NCBI GenBank assembly: GCA_051530055.1
Contig: CM121343.1
Location: 6,480,389 to 6,544,388 of the forward strand
Origin: Neoechinorhynchus agilis
Taxonomy: Eukaryota > Animalia > Acanthocephala
Direction of reading: 5' to 3'
Length of the DNA: 64,000 nt
Of this stretch, positions 36,228-47,785 are shown in pieces (the stretch's first letter is position 1; each line of letters begins with the position of its first letter). Both the position numbers and the translations under genes were made by a program. Under the pieces are notes generated by a model. That model was not told the origin of the DNA. It saw only the letters and a list, made by a program, of their open reading frames with translations, and made no database searches.

Positions 36228-37175
36228 TTATTGATCTAAAGAATCAAAAACAAATTCATTGTAAAAATATCACACATAAAATCAACGATGTATTATAATC
36301 GTTATTTATTCGTTATTGATCAAAACAATCAAAAACAAATTCATTGTAAAAACATCACACACAAAATCAATGATATATTATAATCGTTTTTTATTCGTTG
36401 TTAATATAAGAAATGAAAAAAAACAAATTCATTGTAAAAACATCACACATAAAATCAATGATATATTATAATCGTTTTTTATTCGTTGTTAATATAAGAA
36501 ATGAAAAAAACAAAAACATTGTAAAAACATCACACAAAATCAATGATATATTATAATCGTTTTATTCGTTGTTAATATAAGAAATGAAAAAAAACAAAAA
36601 CATTGTAAAAACATCACACAAAATCAATGATATATTATAATCGTTTTTATTCGTTGTTAATATAAGAAATGAAAAAAAACAAAAACATTGTAAAAACATC
36701 ACACAAAATCAATGATATATTATAATCGTTTTTTATTCGTTGTTAATATAAGAAATGAAAAAAAACAAATTCATTGTAAAAACATCACATATAAAATCAA
36801 TGATATATTATAATCGTTTTTTATTCGTTGTTAATATTAGAAATGAAAAAAAACAAATTCATTGTAAAAACATCACATATAAAATCAATGATATATTATA
36901 ATCGTTTTTTATTCGTTGTTAATATAAGAAATGAAAAAAAACAAAAACATTGAAACAAATTCATTGTAAAAATATCGCGCATAAAATCAACGATGTATTA
37001 TAATCGTTTTTATTCGTTGTTAATATAAGAAATGAAAAAAACAAAAACATTGTAAAAATATCGTACATAAAATCAACGATATATTATAATCGTTTTTTAT
37101 TCGTTATTGATCTAAACAATCAAAAACAAATTCATTGTAAAAACATCGTGTGTAAAATCAATGAGATATTATCCA
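36228..37175. repeat. ~87-bp AT-rich satellite, about 11 copies
   Basis: caaattcattgtaaaaacatcac..atcaatgatatattataatcgtt at 36251, 36336, 36424, 36511 ... 37127. Confidence 0.93.
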
Positions 37176-38719
37176 TACTTTACTCTTTATTGATAATCCC
37201 ATATAAAAGATATTTTATTGATATGAAATATTTTCCATCCGAGGGATTATCATCACCACAATTCAAACTTTATTATCCCGAAGGCTTTTCGCTCGTTTTA
37301 ATGTTACATTTTATTTTGTAAGGAACTTAATCTCGGAAATGAGATTGTGAATGCTTAACTGAAAACTGTGAATGTTTCAGCACTTTTCTGAAATTTCCCA
37401 AATAAATCTTATTTTTTAAACAATTCTTTATCAACATAACCTTCAGAATCTCAGAGCGCATCTAAATTTTTCTTTTCCGTTAACGACACTCATTTACCGA
37501 TTTTCTTCACCTTTTGTCGATATGTGAGCAGGTACCGGGTTTTTTAAGCCGGTAAATAATTTTTTATTTTGTTCAATCATTGTATTATAGACAAAGTTCG
37601 AAACGTCTTTAATAAATAATCATTTACCAGTTTTAATTGGTAATTATGGAGAGCACAATAATCTGATGATGCAAGCATGTGAATCTGATGAATACAATCT
37701 TCGTGCGGATATCCATTGCTCACTTTAGAAGATTTCAAGCGGATAAACCGTAAGTTATAATAATTAAAGAAAGCAATGGAAACTTATTGATCAAGGGCAA
37801 GTAATTCAGTCGAAATTTAAATGAATAAACTATTTTATTCACACAAAAAACTAGCGATTACATTGTGTTTTAAAGCGCAAAAGAGGACAAATATTTTCAG
37901 AAAAAAAGTTGAAATATACGTTAGCGTAAATCTCATTGCATCTTTTTTTAATTCCAAATTGCATTCCTAAAGCAATTAGAATTCGTTTAAATAACCAATT
38001 CTTTACAAGCAACTAATCCTTTTCGTGGACATAAACCTGAAACTCCATTGCTTTAAAAAAAGGGTTCACTAATGGTTAAGCGGCACATATTCTCACCTTC
38101 ATTGTTCCATGCCATTGATTTCAGAACAAAGGTTAACTAGTTTAGATCGTCTAAAAGATATAAGTTTGTGTATAGTGGATTTAAAAATATTCCTGCAAAT
38201 GAGAACAATAAAGTAGACGTTGTGCTCTAGTGAAGAGACAATGGATTTTAGCGGTGCAATCCCAGTATACCTTCTCCATTTCTCGATTCAATATAAATAC
38301 TGTGGTAAAACGAACTGGAGGATGAATATTCTGCGGGTATTTCCTACCGTCTGAGTAAACAGAACGAAATTGTAAAATACTGGTAGATTCAATAAAGCCA
38401 AAGGTCGGTAGGTATCGATCAGATGATCAAGGTTAACCCAACGCGATTGAGACATCCAGGTAACGTTGCATATCAATTGTTACATAAATCGTAGTTTATG
38501 CCAAATGTGTCAAGCTAAAGACATGAACCTAATGTTTGGCTGGCTTTCTCCTCGGTTGAAAAAGTGCCCAGAAATATGAATAGAAATAATCAGATACAGT
38601 AAATGTTCAAAAGATCAGTCACTCTGATTCCTCTTATTCTAAAAGTTGGATTTAAGATGATCACAATCCAAAAGGATAGAACATATTTTTATTGATTTCA
38701 GCCCCAAAAGTAATTGTTC

Positions 38720-40655
38720 AGGTGTTTTACACAAAATTGAAAGTCTCAACTCTGTCAACCCGAAGGATTTCCCTCGATGAACATTCCAAATATCATTGAG
38801 AGAAAAACCTTCCAGGATGATAGAGTTGGAATTGTAATCTTCTGAGTCTCCAAAGTGACTGTTTAGGTGTTTTAAGCTCACTTGAAAGTCTCAACTCTAT
38901 AATCCCGAAGGATTTAACTCGATGAACATTCTAAAAATCATTGAGAGAAAAACCTTCAGGGTGATAGAGTTGGAATTGTAGTCTTCTGAGCCTCCAAAGT
39001 GACTGTTTAGGTGTTTTAAGCTCACTTGAAAGTCTCAACTCTATAACCCCGAAGGATTTAACTCGATGAACATTCTAAAAATCATTGAGAGAAAAACCTT
39101 CAGGATGATAGAGTTGGAATTGTAGTCTTCTGAGCCTCCAAAGTGACTGTATAGGTGTTTTAAGCTCACTTGAATGTCTGAACTCTGTCAACCCGAAGGA
39201 TTTCCATCGATGAATATTCTAAAAATCATTGAGAGAAAAACCTTCAGGATGATAGAGTTGGAATTGTAGTCTTCTGAGCCTCCAAAGTGACTGTTTAGGT
39301 GTTTTGCTCACTTGAATGTCTGAACTCTGTCAACCCGAAGGATTTCCATCGATGAATATTCTAAAATCATTGAGAGAAAAACCTTCAGGATGATAGAGTT
39401 GGAATTGTAGTCTTCTGAGCCTCCAAAGTGACTGTTTAGGTGTTTTAAACTCACTTGAAAGTCTCAACTCTGTCAACCCGAAGGATTTCCATCGATGAAT
39501 ATTCTAAAAATCATTGAGAGAAAAACCTTCAGGATGATAGAGTTGGAATTGTAGTCTTCTGAGCCTCCAAAGTGATTGTTTAGGTGTTTTACACTCACTT
39601 GAAAGTCTCAACTCTGTCAACCCGAAGGATTTCCCTCGATGAATATTCTAAAAATCATTGAGAGAAAAACCTTCAGGATGATAGAGTTGGAATTGTAGTC
39701 TTCTGAGCCTCCAAAGTGACTGTATAGGTGTTTTAAGCTCACTTGAATGTCTGAACTCTATCAACCCGAAGGATTTCCATCGATGAATATTCTAAAAATC
39801 ATTGAGAGAAAAACCTTCAGGATGATAGAGTTGGAATTGTAGTCTTCTGAGCCTCCAAAGTGACTGTTTAGGTGTTTTAAGCTCACTTGAATGTCTGAAC
39901 TCTGTCAACCCGAAGGATTTCCATCGATGAATATTCTAAAAATCATTGAGAGAAAAACCTTCAGGATGATAGAGTTGGAATTGTAGTCTTCTGAGCCTCC
40001 AAAGTGATTGTTTGGATGTTGAACATTCTAAAAATCATTGAGAGAAAAACCTTCCAGGATGATAGGGTTGGAATTGTTGTGTTCTGACCCCTAAAAGTGA
40101 CTGTTTAGGTGTTTTACACTCACTTGAAAGTCTCAACTCTGTCAACCCGAAGGATTTCCATCGATGAATATTCTAAAAATCATTGAGAGAAAAACCTTCA
40201 GGATGATAGAGTTGGAATTGTAGTCTTCTGAGCCTCCAAAGTGACTGTTTAGGTGTTTTAAGCTCACTTGAATGTCTGAACTCTGTCAACCCGAAGGATT
40301 TCCATCGATGAATATTCTAAAAATCATTGAGAAAAAATCCTTCAGGATGATAGAGTTGGAATTGTTGTGTTCTGACCCCTAAAAGTGACTGTTTAGGTGT
40401 TTTACACTCACTTGAAAGTCTCAACTCTGTCAACCCGAAGGATTTCCCTCGATGAATATTCTAAAAATCATTGAGAGAAAAACCTTCCAGGATGATAGAG
40501 TTGGAATTGTAGTGTTCTGAGCCTCCAAAGTGATTGTTTAGATGTTGAATATTCTAAAAATCACTGAGAGAAAAACCTTCCAGGATGATAGAGTTGGAAT
40601 CGTTGTGTTCTGACCCCTAAAAGTGACTGTTTGGGTGTTTTAAACTCACTTGAAA
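38720..40655. repeat. 144-bp satellite, about 14 copies, with a ~77-nt internal hairpin
   Basis: ttgaa(a/t)gtct at 38737, 38882, 39026, 39170 and onward. aactctgtcaacccgaagg pairs imperfectly with ccttcaggatgatagagtt. Confidence 0.95.
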
Positions 40656-41957
40656 AGATCTCATCCCCATAATCCCCTCGATGACGAATATTATAAAAGA
40701 TATAGTCAATGTGGGAGTTGTAGACCATTTGAGAGTACGATTACATGGCTTGGCTTCCCGTCCGCCCCATCGAATCGCACGATGCTCTCCAACGCTTACC
40801 ACGAGAAAACAAGCATTCCTTATTCGCTAGATCGCGCCCACCTTCATTCCATCGTCGCGATTATAATCTCAAATTCCATTGTGGACAATGTGAGATGTCT
40901 TATGTTTCGGTTAGTGTTTCTCGCCTAGGATCGCATCTAACCGAGATTCGGATGATTTTTCTTGATGAACGTAAAAAGGCGTAGATATCACCGTTGTACA
41001 TCTCACAGTTGGGCGCTTGGACAAATAGGTTTCCGCCTCCTTTAGTGCACCTGCGAAAACCAAAACAAATATCATGCACCTTAAAGCTACCGCCACCACC
41101 AGTACCTAGAGATCCTCCTTCCCCGCCTATGTTTTTGGTTGGTGCCACTCCGGCTCGTCTCAACAGTAGCTTCCTTCACGTCTATACTTAGAATGGAAGC
41201 TCTTAGGAGCGGGTGGATGGTTTTGTTGAAGAGCACCTCACTCCTCGCCACTAAGGGATGTTGCATACACAAACACAAAAGGAATTGCACAAAAGCACCT
41301 TCTCCACAATTCACAACGCACACATCGTACACTAAGCCGCCACCGATGATGGGTGGATAGATAGGCCGCGGCGATCCACCACCGCCACCACCACCACCAC
41401 GACGATGGTTGTTTGGTAGAAGGTAAAGTGCATTCGACACCTTTACTCACCCCTTGAAGAAAAAGACTAAGAAAAAACGAATATCGACTTGTCTCCTCGA
41501 AAATGTCACCTCCGTACTCACTAATTGATTCCTACACTTGAAGAGTCCTAAGGGACTTAATATCAATCTGGACCATGGGAGGCACCAAGAGAGCCGTTCC
41601 TTAAGATAAACGGCTCACTTTTCTCGCATCCGAAAAATGTTCCATCCTATCCTTTTTCCAGTCCCAGCCAACGAATGCACCTCGCTTTTTATGAGATGCA
41701 ATTATTGCTGAAAACGTTACCATTGCACCAGGTAATGGGTAGCCATTTCTCACCGATTCCCCTCCCATTTTAGAGATTGACAGATGGACGCAATTATTGT
41801 CCCCTTGTGAAAAGGGCAATCGCCAAAGATCACTTATACCTACCACCCCAAAAGCCACTGTATTTCCAAAAGATTATTTACTAGTCTCACTGTTTTTGAT
41901 CGTTATTTTGAGAAGAGACGGCATGGTCAATAGTCATGTTAACTAAGAATATGGAAG

Positions 41958-43381
41958 ATGCACTTGTACATCGTTCTCCTGACACTCACAATGAACACTG
42001 AGTCGGTGGAAGATGGCCTTCGTTCACGTGTACATTCAACTTGGCGTCGGCAGTTAAGTTCTCTAAACCAACAATTGACGGCTGCAACTCGAGAGGTAAG
42101 ATGATTCCGATAAAAATTATTCAGATCTATCTACACACACACAGAGAAATCATTCAACCACCGTTTTTTAGCTTAAAATGATTTGATAATTCTAGTGTTC
42201 TCAATGGTACCAAATGTTCAACCGACATCAGCACTTTGGAGCGACAGACTTTTCTAATCTATAGCTGATAGCATTCGAAACCATGTGTTATGATTTGAAG
42301 GGACAAAATATTTTCCAATCTTTGGATGACCGCTTTTGAACTTCAAATATTAATTAACAACTTTCTTTTAGTAGTTTCGCCACTCCGTCGGATTTTAATT
42401 CACTGATTTATTTCCCCCGACATATCACCTCTTGGATAATTCCGACATTACACTTTAACAATGATAAACCTAGAGGAAATGTCGGAATTATCCGACAAAT
42501 GAAATATCGGGGGGGGGAATCAGTGAACTAAAATCCGACGAGGTGGCAAAATTGAGAAAAAAAATGTCTTTTCCTCCAAAACTTTCGATTTATATCTTGA
42601 AATTTCTAATAAAGATGCTTATGCATCAAACTAAATTTCCCTTTCGAAGATTCCACTTTTAAAAATAAGATAATTACCGTTGATTTTATCATATTGATTG
42701 TAATCCTGACTTACGTTAAACCCGAAGTTTCGCCAAATTTTGATTTAGGAAAACAATAGTGGCGATTTGCTGGCACTTCAAAGCTGGAGATATGGACATT
42801 TGGCGTTTGCTTGTAATTTTATGAAGTACCAGTTATATTTGGCATCACCACCATTTAACCATACGAGGTTCAATGTGGTATTAGGTCTTAAACGAGCTAG
42901 TCAAATCGCAGAAGGTTTTGTTTGAACTTCTATCGCTTTGATCAAAAAAATAACACCAGGAGTATTTCGGATAAGAACAATTAATCGACTGGGATATGTC
43001 CAGATTCAGTCAAATTTAACACGCAAATTTCTATGTGTCAAGCAAAATGGACATGCTGTTATGAGACGCGTAAGAGGAATTTAAATTTAATAACATCGCT
43101 TAAAATTTCAAAACCCAACCTCATATTATTAGCAACCTGTACAAAACAAAAAATGTCAATGTGCCTTTAGAAGGCTTAATCACTTACACTGGATCCAATT
43201 TCAATCAGAAATTGAACCGAGAAACAAGCTCCAATTTCCACTCATTTTTCTACTCGCTCGAAATCCAAATCTTGCACCGTTTGCCGTCGATATGTACCGG
43301 TCAAGGAATCCTTTTGAACGATGCTCTAAATTTGTTTTCCACCCAGCAAAAGGCCGAAGACATCATCTCGTAAAATTCTGA
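41958..43381 (+). CDS. Secreted fibroblast growth factor of the FGF8/17/18 (EGL-17-like) type; 4 exons, 194 aa
   Basis: join(41958..42095,42827..42914,42960..43069,43133..43381), all introns GT-AG and phase-consistent. Translation: MHLYIVLLTLTMNTES..QQLTAATRE|YQLYLAS..IAE|GVFRIRTINRLGYVQIQSNLTRKFLCVKQNGHAVMRR|QPVQNKKCQCAF.. Confidence 0.8.
42375..42551. repeat. ~175-bp palindromic element in FGF intron 1
   Basis: gccac..cgtcggatttta.ttcactgatt..ggataattccgacatt / aatgtcggaattatcc..aatcagtgaa.taaaatccgacg..gtggc. Confidence 0.85.
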
Positions 43382-44104
43382 CTTGTATGTTTAAAAACTT
43401 GTAAAATTATATAAGTCGTATCGACGAACTTGTTTGCATTTGCTAGCATCCGATCGTTTCGCTTTGAACTTTCACATACACAATACGCTTTCGTGCTAAT
43501 TCAAAAAGGATTCAATTGATTATCCGTCAGCTATTTAAAAAAAACTCAAAGTTAAATCGTTGTTTTATGCCTTGTGAACTCGTCTATTTAATTTCACGAA
43601 TCTAAACAATATTTAATACCATTAAATTATGCATTCGAGTGTTTGATTTAATACTTTCCATGAATCGTTGTTAATTTACTTTGGAGGTGAAGATTTCCTC
43701 AAATCATTCACTTAAACCTCTTTTGATTCGTTCCAAAACTCGGAGTTTAAAAATAACTTCGCGAATTGCGACCAGTTTTCTGAGTGCAGTTCATGAGTTT
43801 AAAAATGGTCTACAAATGACTGATACATGTTTAAATTTGACCAATCCGGATTCTGCTTTATACCAACGAAAACAAATACTGATGTTTAGAGCGAGGTCCT
43901 ATAAAGGAAAGTGACAAAATTTAAACTATAGCTTTAGAGGAGTGTAACGAACTGAGTCTTACGAAAAGAGGTTATCCTTGGAAGTTGCTTGAAAGCATCA
44001 ACTTTTGAACTGAAATTTAGCAATTGAAATATAAAATCTTACTTTCCCAAATTTATTCCAGTTTTTTAGTTCGCATACACTCATGGCATCACTGCATATC
44101 CTCT

Positions 44105-44225
44105 CTTATGGGGCCGATGGGCGATCTCAAACCTGACCCCGACCCTTACCGCAGCCTCGCAACTCCCCCGTGGAACCCAGTGACCAATGGATTTGAACCA
44201 GCGACATATCGATCGCATTTTTAAC
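44105..44225 (-). mobile_element. tRNA-derived SINE-like copy A (A box lost)
   Basis: B box ggttcaaatcc on the minus strand (44189-44199); similar to copy B over ~110 bp. Confidence 0.6.
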
Positions 44226-44334
44226 GCGCTTATGTTTTTGCTTCCTTTATTCCTGGTTTATCTTAAATCGCATTCACTAATATCCTTACGGCATGTCTTT
44301 GGGATCCTTTTATCGTTGTTTTTGGGAGCCTTTT

Positions 44335-44520
44335 GGCTACCTCACACACTTCGGAGGGCGCTCAGTCGCACTCGAAGGGCCGGGGCCTATGGGCGATCTC
44401 AAACCTGATCCCTACCCTTCCAGTAGCTTCGCAACCCTTTCGTGGAACCCAGCGATCAGTGGATTTGAACTAGCGATCAATCGAGCGCATTTTGAGCACG
44501 CACATCACTCGGCCACTGGG
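44335..44520 (-). mobile_element. tRNA-derived SINE-like copy B
   Basis: A-box-like tggccgagtg (44506-44515) and B-box-like agttcaaatcc (44461-44471) about 35 nt apart, followed by a non-tRNA body. No intact cloverleaf. Confidence 0.65.
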
Positions 44521-45149
44521 TCAACTTTCGCTTTTTCCAAATACAGAATCCAACCATGGCATCTTTTTCAAATAAAAAAATCTTAAAAGAACAAAAAAAA
44601 TCGATCACTCTAAAGACAAATTACGACTAAAATCTTTGAGATGTTAAAATTTTAAAGGTTTTTTTGTCATTACAGAGCAAAATGATGAACTTTATAGATA
44701 GAATTTCTAATGAACCCTCGATAAGTATTTTAGTTGCTTATTTTTGGGTTCTATTGGGACATTTTTGGTTCCAGTGTCTAAATGCGAGTTGAAATGATCG
44801 GGAACAAACAAAAACAAATATAAATGACTCACAAAAGCACCTTGGAATGAGAGTTGACCACTTAATTTTTATAATTATGACGGATATTACGTTCGTCGTT
44901 TTAGACTGCGGTGCCAAGGTAAAAAATGGACTCCATCAAAATGAAAGGAAAATCGGGATTTTCCTTTGATGAACCTAAACTCTAAAATGGGTATGAACAT
45001 CAAAGTTTCTCAATTCCGAAAACGTTTTGATAGACATCTGAAGAAGCTCCGATTTAACACATTGAGCGGTTCTTGGTTTGAGCTTCAAAATGTAGCCGTC
45101 ACTTCAAATTTGCACACTAATTTTTTGTGCCACCGTCCACGACGTCAAT

Positions 45150-46765
45150 ATGCGCACTAAACGTGACCGCTAAATACCTGCTAGTTTTTTAGTGGGCTAC
45201 GATCGTTTGTTGCCGTTTATGGATTTAGAATTCAAACAGCCACAGCGTCTAAGGAGGGTCAAGTCCGCGGACTTTCCGGAATCTCCGTACAAAGAACCAA
45301 TGAGATCGATATCGATTGAACGCGATGTGCCTTTGGATATCAAGTCACATGAATGCCAATATTCCTCGGACGTGAGCAAGCATCAGAATCGGAAACATAA
45401 AGAACGACCAATGAATGTAATCAATATACGATCGGATCCACAAAAAAGTCCCATTCCGAAGCCGGATCCCCGTTCAAAACGAAGAACACTCAGGTCTCCA
45501 AAGGCAGGTAGATTGGTTTGCGATGTTTGTGATAAATTCGGCACATATTCTGCCGATAAGTTCTATATTCACATGGCAGCACATCGAAATTTGAAACCGT
45601 TCAAGTGTTCATATTGCGGTCAACGAGCAAACTATAAGTCCGATGTACAAAAGCACATCAGAAATAGAAAAAAGTATGAAGCACATGACGGCGTTGTTCA
45701 GATTTTGCCCGAAGTTGAAGCACGAGCAACAATTGATGATTATATATTGGAAAGACATCGCCAGTCAACTCAGAGGAGACGAACACAAGTGCAAATTCAA
45801 TCAACTTCATCAGCATCATTGGCCATATTATCGCAAACAGCATCGCGAGTATGTTTTCCGGCTCCAATAAAGCGATCCAATACAACTGATTGCCCGGTAA
45901 TTCAAAAAATAGGCAAATCGGACAAGGCCAATTCATCAACTGAAAATAATTTCACCCGTCATTTGTATGGCTATAGATCGTATTATGGTGTATTAAAGAG
46001 AATTAAAGATTTAGCTCCGATGTTCATAGGGTCTTTAGCGACGAACTTGGACTGAATCATAAATGCACGAGATGCTTTTATAGGTGCAATACTAAAATAG
46101 ATTTCCATAATCATTTCGAGGAGCACCATAATAATTTTGGTTGTGTTTTGGAAGTTCCTCAAAGTCAATCGTTAGACTACCTTATACTTCCAAGATTAAT
46201 TGCAAGAAAAACATTTTTCATGTACGAAGATACGTTTGGAAACTTGCTGGATAAACCGTTCCTTGCTGGCTTTATTGAATACAACGAGGAATCATTTGAA
46301 CGAGTATTATCTAAGGTAGCCGTCAATGTTCTCAATGCAGTGAATATCGCAAAATCTTCTCCAGAATCTTCGAATGATCACATGGTTCATGCCAATAGAT
46401 GTTTATTTGACTTTCTCGAAGTGTATACTGCAAACGATCCAGTTAGAAGTGACAAGATCAAGGAAGTTAGCCAAGCACTCCAAGAAAATGCAATTAAAAT
46501 TGAAAGTTGTGATACTGCAAAGAAGGTTGCATATAGTTGCTCGTCTTGTGTCAGGTTCAGTACGTTCAACGAAGCAGAGGCCGCGACTCATTTGTTTTTG
46601 CACTTACAAAATGGAGGAATTCACTGCTCAAAATGCAATTATTCGTGCAAATTCTACAATCTGGCGATTGTTCATAACATAAAAATGCACGGAAATAAGG
46701 CGATTATGCGCTTAGTATCACCGGACAAAAATTCAAGGATCATAAAGAGAAGACAAAAGATGTAG
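45150..46765 (+). CDS. Multi-C2H2 zinc-finger protein
   Basis: Fingers CDVCD..HMAAH, CSYCG..KH, CTRC..HFEEH, CSSC..HLFLH and CSKC..HNIKMH. A 50-nt GT-AG intron (45965-46014) joins ORF 45192 to ORF 46148 in frame. The start is uncertain. Confidence 0.8.
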
Positions 46766-47009
46766 AATCTATCGCAATGTTGTTTCAATAAAACGTTATC
46801 GCTGACTTTTGTAATCAATACAAATTGATTTTTAGTTGTCATCTTTTCTACTGCGATCTTTAAAAGTGTGACCATATACTGGTATCGAAAATACTTCCTA
46901 AGCGATCACCAATTTGTATTTTAAAAATATAATATCGCCCAACTCAATAACCAGTCAGAGTGAGTGTTGAATTCTTAAATATTTTAATGACAAGCCGGTT
47001 CTATTGATC

Positions 47010-47347
47010 CTGATTTAGGACATCCCTTCCTCAACTTTATTAGTTTTTCCTCCTTGGCATGGGGCCAGATACCTCGTGGAGGTGAGACTTAGTGATTTTC
47101 CTCCCTTCAACGGAATGAGAAACTAAAAAAGCCGAGGATTATTGTCCAGAAGTCTCTTCACTCGGTAAATAATTTCGATTAAAGACGTTCTACGAACCTT
47201 GTCAGGTTCATTTTCAGTTTGTTTCATTTTGCGCGTCTTTTAATAACAAGCTGACGATGAACCTGACGAGGTTCGTAGAACGTCTTTAATAAAAAAATTA
47301 TTAACCGGATAAAGACCACAAGCGGAGAAAAGGATGTCCTAAATCAG
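47010..47347. mobile_element. 338-bp element with perfect 16-bp TIRs and an internal ~110-bp palindrome with hammerhead-like arms
   Basis: TIRs ctgatttaggacatcc / ggatgtcctaaatcag; inner palindrome at 47178-47290. Confidence 0.8.
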
Positions 47348-47785
47348 AATAACCATTCAGAAAGATGGTTGCTCAATCAGCCGCACTTGGTTCAATCATG
47401 TAATTAGTTTTTACTTTATGATGCTCGTAGATGAGCGGATGATCAATTAATGGGTGGAGCATTGATAAAAAAAACAATTATTACTACAAATGCGGATTGA
47501 ATTTATTACTTAGGAACATCAATAAATGATAGTCATTATGCATGTACAATAATTGAACGACGACGATGATGACAGCAGTGAGCATCGGCAAATTCGAAAA
47601 GATGCGTTAGTAGCGTGCTAGGCACAAGGCTGCATTACCAACATAATTATCACAACCAATCTCGCGCATGCCAATACCGTGAGTCCAGCATTTCTAAAAA
47701 AAGATTAAACAAACACACGCCCAAAAAATAAATGCTGGTTAATGCGTAGTTTCTGAATGAAACTCGCTGTTTAGCGCTTTTCAGC

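Noticed and set aside
38288-38476. SRWVNLDHLIDTY resembling the hAT transposase TRWNS motif
   Set aside because: Short, no other transposase motifs and no TIRs found.
2424-40655. Tandem arrays as CRISPR arrays
   Set aside because: Eukaryotic context, no unique spacers and no cas genes.
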